Of a DNA stretch of 64,000 nt, positions 1-9,594 are shown one piece after another. The first letter of the stretch is position 1. Each line of letters begins with the position of its first letter. The position numbers and the translations under genes are program-made. The notes under the pieces are model-generated. The model ran no database searches and was not told the origin of the DNA. It saw only the letters and a list, made by a program, of their open reading frames with translations. Source of the stretch: an uncultured Pseudomonadota bacterium (GTDB taxonomy: Bacteria > Pseudomonadota > Alphaproteobacteria > UBA9219). The stretch covers positions 10,428 to 74,427 of the forward strand of contig CAIXHP010000026.1 in assembly GCA_903919315.1 (NCBI GenBank), written 5' to 3'.

Positions 1-62
1 ATCCACACACAGTTTTTCGCCAGATAAAACCGTTCGTTCTAACTTCTAGTATTGATGGAACT

Positions 63-422
63 GTGGGAGCAAAATGTTACGTTGCTGCAGCCGGAAGTCA
101 AAGCTTGGATTCACTCTATATATCGACGAGTACTAGCTCTGCTGTGGCAATTATTAACAAATACGGCGAACATGCTTTTTCTATAGGCACAGGAAATCCT
201 GTAACGGGTTTTTCTGTTGACGATAATGAGACTACTGCATTTAGCGCTGCTAAAAACGGAATCGTCACAAACGTTGTTTTTGACAAAACAGGTTGGTATT
301 CGATAGGGGATTTTAGTGGTAAAATTTTGACCGCCAATAGTCGAACGGGGACTTCATTCCCTCCTTCAAGACCGGTAGAACTCCAGGCTTCGGGTGGGGC
401 AACGAATGCTCCCCAATACTAA
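63..422 (+). CDS. Hypothetical protein in a low-GC block (119 aa; Gly/Thr/Ser-rich, beta-strand-like). Possibly a fragment of a larger fibre/adhesin-like gene. GTG start is uncertain.
   Basis: ORF in the AT-rich first 850 bp, no recognisable motif. The composition contrasts with the neighbouring high-GC genes. Confidence 0.3.
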   Translation: MGAKCYVAAAGSQSLDSLYISTSTSSAVAIINKYGEHAFSIGTGNPVTGFSVDDNETTAFSAAKNGIVTNVVFDKTGWYSIGDFSGKILTANSRTGTSFPPSRPVELQASGGATNAPQY

Positions 423-486
423 GCACTCCTCCAATAGACCCACTACAGAAGTCGTGCTATATCTTTGCATGCTTAGCCGTGGTTAG

Positions 487-520
487 ATAATTAGAGAGCG
501 CGGAGGCGCTCTCTAATTAT
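487..520. repeat. Perfect 15-bp inverted repeat with a 4-nt loop (ATAATTAGAGAGCGC ggag GCGCTCTCTAATTAT). Stem-loop or operator-like palindrome.
   Basis: Read directly from the sequence. It lies between the low-GC ORF and glyQS, with no T-tract after it. Confidence 0.6.
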
Positions 521-879
521 AAGGTTTACAGTGTGCGCAATGCGCTCCTGCAAATTCTCTGTCCAATTGAGGAGGAGTAGGGGGTTTTAACTCAACATTT
601 GAGGCGCTTTGCTGCAACTCAACAGCACAGTGAGTATATCTGATCGGTAAAGCGCCAATAATGCCGCCACCAAAGAGACAGAGGCCTTTGTCACTGTGTC
701 GCCCTAAAGGCAAATCCTATTACAACTAATCAGAAATCAAATATAATCATCGTGCACGTAAACAATACACTGTGGAACAGGTAGCTGAAGGTTTCCCTCC
801 GAATTCCGGCTTCCCCGAAACCCCCGATTGTGGAATAGTCGCGGGAGCGTAACCCTGTTTTTTGTGTGAGAGCCGCATT

Positions 880-2427
880 ATGCCAGCCCCTGAAACCTCT
901 GTGATGAGCCGCCTTGTTTCCCTCTGCAAACGCCGTGGATTTGTGTTTCCGGCTTCGGAGATTTACGGTGGTTTGAATGGTTTTTGGGACTTCGGCCCGC
1001 TGGGTGTGCAGCTGAAAAACAACCTGCGCGACGCTTGGTGGCGCGCGATGGTTGAATGCCCGCCCATCGGCCCGGACGGCAAGCCGGTGTCCATCGTCGG
1101 CCTCGACAGCTCGATCATCCAGCATCCGCAAACATGGGTCGCCTCAGGCCATGTCGGCGGCTTTGCCGATTTGATGGTTGATTGCCGCGAAACCAAAATG
1201 CGCTATCGCGCCGATCACGTCCTCTGCGTCAACGTGCAGTATGAAAAAGCCGGACAGACCAAAGAACTCGGCGGCTGGATCAGCACGCTGGAGGGTGACG
1301 AAGCCGAAGTCGCCATTACGAAGAAAGCCAAAAAGCTTATCCAAAAATCCGGCTGCGGCGAGATGGTGCCGTTCGACATGAGCAAAGCGGTCAATCTGAC
1401 CACCATGACGGAAGCGCAACGTGCGCACGTCATCGGCCCCGACGCCGAAAACCCCGGCACGCTGACCGAACCTCGCGCCTTTAACCTGATGTTCCAATCC
1501 TACGTCGGCGTGTTTCAGAGCGACGATTCAAAGGTCTATCTCCGCCCTGAAACGGCGCAGGGCATCTTTCTGAATTACAAAAACGTGCTGGACTCCTCGC
1601 GCGTCAAGCCGCCGTTCGGCGTGGCGCAGGTTGGCAAGTCGTTCCGCAACGAAGTCACCCCGCGTAATTTCATCTTCCGCACCCGCGAATTCGAGCAGAT
1701 GGAGATGGAATTCTTCTGCGCTCCCGAAGACGGCATGATGTGGTACGAATTCTGGGTGGCTGAGCGTCTGCGCTGGTGGGAAGAGCAGGGCATGAGCAAG
1801 GACAACCTGTTCCGCCACATCATCGCGCCCGAAGATTTGTCGCATTACTCAAAGGGCACGTCGGACATCGAATACCGCTACCCCTTTACCGCGCCGGGCT
1901 TTGGCGAGCTGGAAGGCGTTGCCTACCGCACCGACTATGACCTGACACAACATCAGACCTTTAGCAAAACCAATCTGGAATACATCGACCAAGAGGCGAA
2001 CCGCCGCTATATCCCGCATGTGGTGGAACCGGCCGCCGGTCTGACGCGCGGCCTGTTGGCGCTGCTGTGCGAAAGCTATCGCTATGACGAGAGCCGCGCT
2101 TCGCCGGAATGGCTCAAGCTCAAGCCCAGCCTCGCGCCGATCAAGGTCGGAGTCTTCCCGCTGGTGAATAAGGACGGCATGCCGGAAGTGGCGGAAAAGC
2201 TCTACGCCGACCTGCGCCGCACCTATATCAGCCAGTATGATGCCAAGCAGAGCATCGGCAAACGCTACGCTCGCATGGACGAAGCCGGAACGCCGTTCTG
2301 CGTCACCGTCGACGGCGACACGCTCAAGGATCAAACCGTCACCATCCGCGACCGCGACACCGCGCAACAAGAACGCGTGGCGCTCGACAAGGTCAAGGCA
2401 TACATCGGCGAAAAACTGGCCGTATGA
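880..2427 (+). CDS. glyQS: Glycine--tRNA ligase, homodimeric alpha2 type (class II aaRS)
   Basis: N-terminal LCKRRGFVFPASEIYGGLNGFWDFGPLGVQLKNN, typical of dimeric GlyRS. Length is about 515 aa. ATG at 880 preferred over TTG at 862. Confidence 0.9.
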   Translation: MPAPETSVMSRLVSLCKRRGFVFPASEIYGGLNGFWDFGPLGVQLKNNLRDAWWRAMVECPPIGPDGKPVSIVGLDSSIIQHPQTWVASGHVGGFADLMVDCRETKMRYRADHVLCVNVQYEKAGQTKELGGWISTLEGDEAEVAITKKAKKLIQKSGCGEMVPFDMSKAVNLTTMTEAQRAHVIGPDAENPGTLTEPRAFNLMFQSYVGVFQSDDSKVYLRPETAQGIFLNYKNVLDSSRVKPPFGVAQVGKSFRNEVTPRNFIFRTREFEQMEMEFFCAPEDGMMWYEFWVAERLRWWEEQGMSKDNLFRHIIAPEDLSHYSKGTSDIEYRYPFTAPGFGELEGVAYRTDYDLTQHQTFSKTNLEYIDQEANRRYIPHVVEPAAGLTRGLLALLCESYRYDESRASPEWLKLKPSLAPIKVGVFPLVNKDGMPEVAEKLYADLRRTYISQYDAKQSIGKRYARMDEAGTPFCVTVDGDTLKDQTVTIRDRDTAQQERVALDKVKAYIGEKLAV

Positions 2428-2429
2428 AA

Positions 2430-2450
2430 AAGGGCGCGAAAAGCGCCCTT
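2430..2450. terminator. GC hairpin (AAGGGCGC gaaaa GCGCCCTT) immediately after the glyQS stop. Putative terminator with a weak T-tract.
   Basis: Inverted repeat seen in the sequence, 3 nt after the stop codon. Confidence 0.4.
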
Positions 2451-2486
2451 CCTCTGCCGTTTGGAAACGGGCTTATACGCCAACAA

Positions 2487-2732
2487 TCAGGGGTTGGGCG
2501 CGGCAGGAGTGGCTTTTTTCATTTTCAAAGCCCAAACCGCTTCAGAAAATTCACCAATGGACTTGATATAACTAGAAACCCAAGCCACAGCATTTTTGCC
2601 GCATTCTCTGAACTCCGCCCGCACACGATCAGGTTCTTGCATACATGCCACACCAGTTGCACCCAACAACACAGCAGCAGCAGCCGAAAGAAACGCCGCC
2701 TTATACCGATAATGCTTATCATCACTCTTCAT
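2487..2732 (-). CDS. Small hypothetical protein (81 aa) with an N-terminal hydrophobic segment ending in a Cys (possible lipoprotein or signal peptide)
   Basis: ORF in a lower-GC stretch downstream of the NrdJ-like gene. LLGATGVAC motif. Weak support. Confidence 0.3.
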   Translation of the reverse strand: MKSDDKHYRYKAAFLSAAAAVLLGATGVACMQEPDRVRAEFRECGKNAVAWVSSYIKSIGEFSEAVWALKMKKATPAAPNP

Positions 2733-2879
2733 GAAACACTCCTTTCAAAGAAAAAGCACGTCGAGAGACTAAATCCCACCGGGTAAAAGTTCAAGCGCCC
2801 AAATAAATCATTGTAATATCAATGACCTAATGGCATCCCTTGACGAAGCCGTTCGGAACATAAAAACGGGGCATGCAGT

Positions 2880-5030
2880 TCAGCGCCGCTTTTCTCTCTG
2901 TCCCACAACTTCCGTTGCCGGATGCTTCAGCCCCACGGCGCGAGGAGCCACTTTCAGCTTGGTCGCCGTACGCGGCGCGGTCATCTGCGCGGTGGTTGGT
3001 TTGAGCGCCAACGATGCCGGAGTCGCCGGAGGACGCGGTGCGGAGCGCTTCAAAAGTTTCTTACGCGGCAGAATATGGACAGCAGGCGGGGCCATCCGCT
3101 CCGGCGCAACAAACCCGTCGGAACAGAACGTCAAGCTCCGCACACCCAACCGCCACGCCAAAAGTAGAACCTCTGAGCGCCGTTCCGGCATGTTCTCACC
3201 GCCGAGGGCCACAATCAGCCCTGCATCGCCCGTGATAAAGCTCTGCACAGCCGCCGCCATACGAACCTGCGCAGAAGTCCCCGCCAACGCGAAAATTTTT
3301 TCAACGGCTGGCGGAAGCTCGGAAGCCCCAACCACCGTGCCATGGCCGCAACTGTAGGCATTCGCGGCGGCAATATCGGCCTCCGAAAACCCCATATGGT
3401 GCAGTAAGTCAAAGCCGAAGTCGTCCATCTGCTCGTCCGTTATGCCCAAATGCTCGCGGCAAAATTCTTGCCCCAAAATCCATGGCGTAAAGGCATGGCG
3501 GATGTCGTTGACGCGCGGCAAGTAATCTTCAACCCGTGACAGCGCCGCCGCATCGAACCCGCGCTCGCGCAGCACCGAATGATTGACTCCCGGAGCCGCC
3601 ACAAGCGTTCCCGTGCCGAGCGCATAGTCAACGATGCCTTTGATGTCAAACGGGTCGCAACCCGTCTTAGCCAGAGCCAACGGCACGGCGGGGTGGATCG
3701 CGCGGTGATAAAGATCGGGCGCGACCGACCGAGGCCGCACAAGATGGGCCTCCGGCCCGATCCCCTGCGCCGAACAATCGAGGAAAGCCGCAAACTCGGC
3801 CGATGAGAACAACGTTGTCAGATGCAGGTGGCACAACCCATTTTGCTGCGCCAGTTCCACAGCCCTGTCCCACAGCCGCCGCGCTTCGGCTATCACCACC
3901 AAATCGACTCCGGCGGCGATTTCCAACGGCACAGGCAGGATCGAAAGCCGTTCATAGTCGTTGCGCTCGCCATAGGCCGAGCGGCGCTGGTTGCGCAGCG
4001 AACGCATGCGTATCTCGCGCTCGTCAATGAACGCGTGGCAGGGGCCGAGCAATGCGGCCAATTGGGCCGAGGTCGCGACCGCTTCCGCCGTTATGATCGC
4101 GCTGATCCCCGCCGCCGTAGCCCGCGCCGCATCGCCGTCAAAGGGCAGGGCCATCGACATCAACAGCGCGGCAAGATTGCCGTAACCGATAGCCAGAGCG
4201 CGTGACGCGTCGGCAGCGTCCGCCAACTGATCATAATGCAGCTCTAGCAGGATCACCGAAAGCCGCACCGCCTGCTGCAACGCCGGAACATCCAAGCTCC
4301 CGTCGTCGCGCCGTAGCCGGAGCAGGTCGATCATCAAGCGCGGCGCGGTGCTGGCGGGACTTGCCCCCCACTCGGCCTTCGTGTCGGTGAAATCCAATTC
4401 CAGCGCACCACGGCCATTGTCCGCGCGCATAAGCTTCTGCCATTGGCTTTGCAGCGTTGCGTTGCCGTTGCTCAATACCCTATCCAGAGTCGCGTTGCGC
4501 ACAGCAACCGCGCCAACCGAATCCGCCGCACCGACAGTTTCAAAATCAGGCGAGGGAACCGGCGCGGCGGGCGCGGCCATCGCTTGCGGCGCAACGCCAT
4601 AAGCCCAGTTGATCCCTAACCGCGCCAATCGGCGCGGCTCTAAGGCGATGACCCGTTCCGCTAGCAACGCGCGAATTTCGTCATAGAAAATTGAGGCTTC
4701 GGCTTCGTCGGCAAACAATCCCTTTTTCCAACCGGTGTATGTCGCCGATCCGGCCACACGGTCGAACACTTGCTGCGCGCTGTTCTCGTTGGTGACGGCA
4801 GCGCCGGCGCTGCGGCGTTGCCACAACCATGAGGGGAGGGTGTTCTCTTCGATCGGCAAGCGTTGAGTCGGAATGGATCGCGCAAGCGCGCTCACGAAAA
4901 CCTGAATGGCTTCGGCGCTCCAATCGCGCGGCGCACCGACGGGTTCGGTGTCGGCATCCGTATGCGCCTCAAAGCGGCTTTGGTCATAAGGGCTGGTCTT
5001 GTCGGCGGTGAACAGACGTTCCATCAGCAT
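2880..5030 (-). CDS. Class II (B12-dependent) ribonucleotide reductase NrdJ-like protein. It appears truncated and degenerate (716 aa versus about 1200 aa for canonical alphaproteobacterial NrdJ) and has a Pro/Ala/Lys-rich C-terminal tail.
   Basis: N-terminus (RLFT..SPY..LPSWLW..SAQQVFDRVAG..TYTGWKKGLF..FYDE..WAYGV) and C-terminal half (FTPWILGQEFCREHLGITDEQMDDFGFDLLHHMGFSEADIAAANAYSCGHGTVVG) resemble NrdJ, but the central finger-loop/active-site Cys region is missing. Confidence 0.6.
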   Translation of the reverse strand: MLMERLFTADKTSPYDQSRFEAHTDADTEPVGAPRDWSAEAIQVFVSALARSIPTQRLPIEENTLPSWLWQRRSAGAAVTNENSAQQVFDRVAGSATYTGWKKGLFADEAEASIFYDEIRALLAERVIALEPRRLARLGINWAYGVAPQAMAAPAAPVPSPDFETVGAADSVGAVAVRNATLDRVLSNGNATLQSQWQKLMRADNGRGALELDFTDTKAEWGASPASTAPRLMIDLLRLRRDDGSLDVPALQQAVRLSVILLELHYDQLADAADASRALAIGYGNLAALLMSMALPFDGDAARATAAGISAIITAEAVATSAQLAALLGPCHAFIDEREIRMRSLRNQRRSAYGERNDYERLSILPVPLEIAAGVDLVVIAEARRLWDRAVELAQQNGLCHLHLTTLFSSAEFAAFLDCSAQGIGPEAHLVRPRSVAPDLYHRAIHPAVPLALAKTGCDPFDIKGIVDYALGTGTLVAAPGVNHSVLRERGFDAAALSRVEDYLPRVNDIRHAFTPWILGQEFCREHLGITDEQMDDFGFDLLHHMGFSEADIAAANAYSCGHGTVVGASELPPAVEKIFALAGTSAQVRMAAAVQSFITGDAGLIVALGGENMPERRSEVLLLAWRLGVRSLTFCSDGFVAPERMAPPAVHILPRKKLLKRSAPRPPATPASLALKPTTAQMTAPRTATKLKVAPRAVGLKHPATEVVGQREKRR

Positions 5031-5366
5031 ACCGAAACCCGTTTTTCTTCAGTGGCTTACTTGTCCCCGAACCCTGTCGGAGAAAAGTTATCCACAAGAT
5101 GATGTGTTGCATGAATAAATTCGCACAAAATATGGTGTGTTGGAAGCAAAACTTATTCACAAACGGGGGAAGGCACTCAAATTCATGGGGATATCTTTTT
5201 GCTCCTTCACTTCGAAGGCGGAACAAGTCAGGTCTGTTGCTTGGATTCAGCAACGCTCCGGAAATCGAAAATCATTCCGCATCGAACCGCACAAAGCGCG
5301 TTCTGAATCCTTGACCTTCAATCTGTTTTGCATGAGGTTGAGATTGTGATTCCCGATCCTTCGGAT

Positions 5367-5768
5367 ATGTCCATGAGCGAAAGCTTCTCCCTTGTTCGCC
5401 GCCTGTCACAACTCGGAACCCGTATCTATACGAAGTTAAAGGGCGTTTCGGTGGGACAGGATCAATTCGGCAACCGTTATTACCGCGAGCGTCGCACGCC
5501 TTCGGGTCGCCGCGAATCGCGCTGGGTGATCTATGCGGGAGAACCGGAAGCCAGCAAAGTCCCGCCCGAATGGCATATCTGGCTGCACCATATGCGCAAT
5601 CAACCGCTCGAATCCAATAGCGTTTATCACCAGAGTTGGCAAAAACCGTATCAACCGAATCAGACCGGCACCGAGGCCGCCTTTAGGCAACCCGGCCACG
5701 GTCTGAGCAACGAACGACGCGCCAAGGCGACCGGCGATTACCAAACATGGAAGCCACACGACGAATGA
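5367..5768 (+). CDS. NADH:ubiquinone oxidoreductase subunit NDUFA12-like (17.2 kDa) family protein
   Basis: LGTRIYT..KG..VGQDQFGNRYYRE motif, characteristic of the NDUFA12 family. Internal start at MSMSES chosen. Confidence 0.7.
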   Translation: MSMSESFSLVRRLSQLGTRIYTKLKGVSVGQDQFGNRYYRERRTPSGRRESRWVIYAGEPEASKVPPEWHIWLHHMRNQPLESNSVYHQSWQKPYQPNQTGTEAAFRQPGHGLSNERRAKATGDYQTWKPHDE

Positions 5769-5799
5769 AATGGGTCACTGGAAAAAGAGGAACCGTTTG

Positions 5800-6342
5800 A
5801 TGGGACGCAATGCGATTGAAACCGTGCTGGGCGCGGTGGTTCTGATGGTGGCGGGCCTGTTTATGGCCTTTGCCTATTCAAGCTCCGACCTGCAAAAGGT
5901 CGAAGGCTATTCCGTATCGGCCAATTTCCCGATGGTGGACGGCCTCAAGGAAGGCGGCGATGTGAGGGTCAACGGTGTCAAAGTCGGCTCTATCGCCGAC
6001 ATGAGCCTCATTACGGCTCCGGGGCCGAGTCAGTATCTCGTCAACGTGCAGATGACGATCAAGCCCGATGTCAGGCTTCCGACCGACACCATAGCCTTGG
6101 CGGCGACGGAAAGCCTTTTGGGCGGGAAGTACCTGTCGCTCGAAGTCGGCGTGGACGAGGAACTCATCAAAAACGACGGCACCGGACGCATCACAAGGAC
6201 ACAAGCGCCCATGCGGCTAGATGATTTGATTGGTCAGCTGATCTATAGCTCAAAGAAGTCAGACGGCGGCGGAGGGGGTGATAAGGCATCCGCGGCCCCC
6301 GCACCGTCGCCATCGCCCGAGCCGGAGGCCGCGCATCCGTGA
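5800..6342 (+). CDS. MlaD/Mce-family periplasmic lipid-transport domain protein
   Basis: N-terminal TM helix followed by an Mce-like domain (GLKEGGDVRVNGVKVGSI). Gly/Pro/Ala-rich C-terminal tail. Conserved next to the NDUFA12-like gene in alphaproteobacteria. Confidence 0.6.
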   Translation: MGRNAIETVLGAVVLMVAGLFMAFAYSSSDLQKVEGYSVSANFPMVDGLKEGGDVRVNGVKVGSIADMSLITAPGPSQYLVNVQMTIKPDVRLPTDTIALAATESLLGGKYLSLEVGVDEELIKNDGTGRITRTQAPMRLDDLIGQLIYSSKKSDGGGGGDKASAAPAPSPSPEPEAAHP

Positions 6343-6728
6343 GGACGCTGCAACGCTTCTCTCTGCTGACGGGAGCTTTGCTGTCGCTAACGTCCATGGC
6401 GCAGGCCGCTGTTCCCACGGAAAGCCGTCCGGTGGCCGTCCTGCGCGCGCTCGACAAAATCACGGCGCGGGTTGAAGAAGTTATCGTCCCCATCGAACGC
6501 CCCTTGAAGTTCGGGACGCTGATGATCGTCGTTCACACCTGCCGCGTCACGCCGCCAGAGGAAACGCCGGAAGCCGCCGCCTTTCTCGATGTCAGCGAGT
6601 TTAAGCCCGGCGAGAACGGAGCGACGATTTTTCGAGGCTGGATGTTTGCCTCCAGTCCCGCGCTGTCGGCCATGCAGCATCCGGTTTATGACTTATGGGT
6701 GACGGGGTGCAAGGATTCGGCCCAGTGA
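6339..6728 (+). CDS. Periplasmic DUF2155-like protein
   Basis: Signal peptide ([11 protein letters not shown]), about 100-aa domain. ATGA overlap with the upstream MlaD-like gene. Typical third member of this alphaproteobacterial trio. Confidence 0.55.
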   Translation: MRTLQRFSLLTGALLSLTSMAQAAVPTESRPVAVLRALDKITARVEEVIVPIERPLKFGTLMIVVHTCRVTPPEETPEAAAFLDVSEFKPGENGATIFRGWMFASSPALSAMQHPVYDLWVTGCKDSAQ

Positions 6729-7357
6729 TCCCATGTGACCGTGTCGGGTTTGGCTAAGGCGTGGCCCTGCTCGGCCGCAATTCCCAACAAGTGGCGGTAA
6801 TTTTCGCGCGTGAGTTCCATCGTGCCGAACTGGCTGAGATGATCAGTCTGGAACTGCGTATCGAGCAGCGAGAATCCTGAGGCGCGGAGAAGGGCCACAA
6901 GATACACCAGCGCGATTTTGCTGGCATCCGTCGCTCGGCTGAACATGCTCTCGCCAAAAAACGCGCCGCCGAGGCTGACGCCGTACAATCCCCCCACCAG
7001 CTCGTCGCCGCGCCACGCTTCAACGCTGTGCGCGTGACCTTGCCGGTGAAGCGTGGTGTAAAGCTGAATAATTTCTTGATTGATCCACGTCAATTCGCGG
7101 TCAGGCGCCGGAGCCGCACACGCGCGGATTGTGTCTCCAAAAGCAGTGTTCAGACGGATCGCGTAAGGCCGTTGGCGGATCGTCCTCCGCAAGCGGCGCG
7201 GCACATGAAAAGCGTCATCCAAAGGAATAACCGCCCGCACCGGCGGATCATACCAACGCAACTCTCGCGACTCCGCGCTCTCCGCCATCGGAAAAATTCC
7301 GGCGGCGTAAGCGCGCAGCAGGATGTCGGGGGTGAGAATGAAGGTGCGGCTGGACAT
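6686..7357 (-). CDS. aat: Leucyl/phenylalanyl-tRNA--protein transferase
   Basis: [15 protein letters not shown]. and the GESMF motif. Start taken at MSSRTF so that it abuts accC with a 2-nt gap. Confidence 0.85.
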   Translation of the reverse strand: MSSRTFILTPDILLRAYAAGIFPMAESAESRELRWYDPPVRAVIPLDDAFHVPRRLRRTIRQRPYAIRLNTAFGDTIRACAAPAPDRELTWINQEIIQLYTTLHRQGHAHSVEAWRGDELVGGLYGVSLGGAFFGESMFSRATDASKIALVYLVALLRASGFSLLDTQFQTDHLSQFGTMELTRENYRHLLGIAAEQGHALAKPDTVTWDHWAESLHPVTHKS

Positions 7358-7359
7358 GC

Positions 7360-8700
7360 TTACTTCAACCCCAAGAACCCCTCCAGCCAATGAATGTCAT
7401 AGTCGCCGTTGATAAAGTCCGGCTGGCTGATGATGCGGCGGTGGAGCGGTAGGGTTGTGTCGATGCCGCCTATGACGAATTCTTCCAGCCCGCGCCGCAG
7501 ACGCAAAAGGCATTCGTTGCGGTTGGAGCCGTGGACGATCAGTTTGGCGATCATGCTGTCGTAATGCGGCGGCACGCGATAGCCGTCGTACAGCGCGCTG
7601 TCCACGCGAACGCCAAGGCCGCCGGGAGCGTGAAAATCGCTGACTTTGCCGGGCGAGGGCGTGAATGTATCCGGGTTTTCCGCGTTGATCCGGCATTCAA
7701 TGGCATGACCGGTGAAAACGATCTCGCTCTGCTTATAGCTGAGCGGCAAGCCCGCCGCGACGCGGATTTGTTCGCGCACAAGATCCACGCCGGTGATCAT
7801 CTCGCTGATCGTGTGTTCGATCTGCAAGCGCGTATTCATCTCGATGAAGTAGAACTTTCCGTTTTCATAAAGAAATTCAATCGTGCCGACTCCGCGATAC
7901 CCAAGATCGCGCACCACCTTGGCGGCTAGTTCACCGATCTTGTTCCTTTCGTCGGCGTTAAGGCCGGGGGAGGGGGCTTCCTCGATGACCTTCTGATGGC
8001 GGCGTTGGATCGAACAGTCGCGTTCGCCAAAATGCACCGCGTTGCCGTGCGTGTCGCCAAGCAGTTGGACTTCGATATGGCGCGGACGGGTAAGGTATTT
8101 CTCCATATAGACTTCGTCGTTGCCAAAAGCGGCAAGGGCTTCGCCCCGCGCCAGCTGATAGGCCTCGACCAAGTCTTCAGGACGCTGCGCGACCTTCATG
8201 CCTTTGCCGCCGCCGCCCGCCGCCGCCTTGATCAGCACGGGATAGCCGATTTCTTCGGCAACCTTAGCCGCCATCTCCACCGTCGGAACGCCGCCGTCCG
8301 AGCCGGGGACGGTGGGCAAGCCCAAAGCCTTCACCGTCTGTTTGGCCGTCACCTTATCGCCCATCAAGCGGATGTGTTCGGGGGTGGGGCCGATAAAAGT
8401 GAAACCGTGTTCCTCGACCATTTCCGCGAACTGCGCGTTCTCTGACATAAAGCCGATGCCCGGATGGATCGCGTCCACGCCCGTGATCGCCGCCGCCGTC
8501 AAAATCGCCGGAATATTGAGATAGCTGTCCCGCGCCGCCGGAGGCCCAATGCAAACGCTCTCGTCCGCCAACCGCACATGCATCGCGTCGGCATCCGCCG
8601 TGGAATGCACCGCCACGGTATGAATCCCCATCTCGCGGCAAGCCCGATGGATCCGCAAAGCAATTTCGCCACGATTGGCAATCAGGATTTTTTCAAACAC
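7360..8700 (-). CDS. accC: Acetyl-CoA carboxylase biotin carboxylase subunit
   Basis: [17 protein letters not shown]... ATP-grasp fold, 446 aa. Confidence 0.95.
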   Translation of the reverse strand: MFEKILIANRGEIALRIHRACREMGIHTVAVHSTADADAMHVRLADESVCIGPPAARDSYLNIPAILTAAAITGVDAIHPGIGFMSENAQFAEMVEEHGFTFIGPTPEHIRLMGDKVTAKQTVKALGLPTVPGSDGGVPTVEMAAKVAEEIGYPVLIKAAAGGGGKGMKVAQRPEDLVEAYQLARGEALAAFGNDEVYMEKYLTRPRHIEVQLLGDTHGNAVHFGERDCSIQRRHQKVIEEAPSPGLNADERNKIGELAAKVVRDLGYRGVGTIEFLYENGKFYFIEMNTRLQIEHTISEMITGVDLVREQIRVAAGLPLSYKQSEIVFTGHAIECRINAENPDTFTPSPGKVSDFHAPGGLGVRVDSALYDGYRVPPHYDSMIAKLIVHGSNRNECLLRLRRGLEEFVIGGIDTTLPLHRRIISQPDFINGDYDIHWLEGFLGLK

Positions 8701-8715
8701 GGGCTATTTCCTTTG

Positions 8716-9594
8716 TCATTGATACGGCTTCGCAACACGATAATAAGCCTTTGGAGCCTTTTCATATTTCTTGAGAATGCCGTCAACAGCTCCATCGACC
8801 GCCATTTGCTTCACAACACCATCCAGCAAGCTCTGCAATTTGAACTCGCCCTTGTTGACCAGAAGAACAACAGGGTACGCATGCAGCGGGCGATCAAGCC
8901 CGATACCACGCAGCGTTCCCGGATTTTTCTCTAAATACTCATAGGCGATTTGATTTTCCAAAAAGGTAACATCGGCTTTGTGATTGGCGACGTTCAGCGG
9001 GTTAAATGTGTAGTCCGATGTCGACGGCGCGGACAGGACGGAAGCGTTCGGAAACTCTTCCCGAGCCAACACGCTGCCGATGCTTCCATCAATAGCGGAA
9101 ATTTTAACGTCCGGCGCGTTGATCATGTGTACGTCCGCATCGAAACGATGATCGTCCGGTCGCACCCAAGCGGTAATGCCCGCATAAAAGGCTGGCCCGA
9201 CCAGCTCTGCATTCTTGATTTCCTGCTCAAGACTAAACCCAGCCCCACAAAAAGCGTCATAGCGTCCGAACTGAAGCCCCGTGAAGTATGTTGCCCAAGT
9301 AACCTCTTCGACCCAATCAACTTTCAGCCCCAGCCGCTTTGCCGCTTCCTCGGTGATGTCATACATAATGCCCGACAGCTTGCCTGTGTTTGGGTCTTTA
9401 ATGGTATGGGGGGAACTGACAACGTAGCTGCATCGCAGCGTATTGTTCTTCACCACCTGATCATAGGCCGTTTGGCTGCCGAGGCTCGTCACAGCTGGTG
9501 GCGACAAAGGGTTTCTCTGAATCATCTGAACAGCCAAAGTGGCCGCCACCGCGATTATGGCCGTCAGAAGATATTGGCTGGTTCTGCTGGACAT
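8716..9594 (-). CDS. Periplasmic solute-binding protein, family 3 (amino-acid ABC-type SBP fold). No permease or ATPase genes adjacent.
   Basis: Signal peptide. LRCSYVVSSPH..D.NTGKLSGIMYDI..LGLKVDWVEE..GRYDAFC..PAFYAGITAWVRPDD. Paralogous to 56789-57640 and 57664-58563. Confidence 0.75.
   Translation of the reverse strand: MSSRTSQYLLTAIIAVAATLAVQMIQRNPLSPPAVTSLGSQTAYDQVVKNNTLRCSYVVSSPHTIKDPNTGKLSGIMYDITEEAAKRLGLKVDWVEEVTWATYFTGLQFGRYDAFCGAGFSLEQEIKNAELVGPAFYAGITAWVRPDDHRFDADVHMINAPDVKISAIDGSIGSVLAREEFPNASVLSAPSTSDYTFNPLNVANHKADVTFLENQIAYEYLEKNPGTLRGIGLDRPLHAYPVVLLVNKGEFKLQSLLDGVVKQMAVDGAVDGILKKYEKAPKAYYRVAKPYQ

Noticed and set aside
513-1131. Minus-strand ORFs 513-713 and 730-1131 upstream of or overlapping glyQS
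   Set aside because: They overlap the glyQS start region and its promoter, and have no coding signature or motifs.
1849-2370. Long antisense ORFs throughout high-GC genes (for example 1849-2370 -, 9652-10221 +, 10610-11410 +, 16628-17680 +, 23985-24881 +, 26193-27239 +, 28196-28873 +, 35221-35793 +, 36583-37221 -, 46387-47184 +, 47350-48249 +, 52695-53618 +, 54760-55641 +, 58774-59322 +)
   Set aside because: These are shadow ORFs typical of GC-rich DNA. They lie opposite or overlapping genes with clear family signatures, have Arg/Ala/Gly-rich low-complexity translations, and have no motifs.
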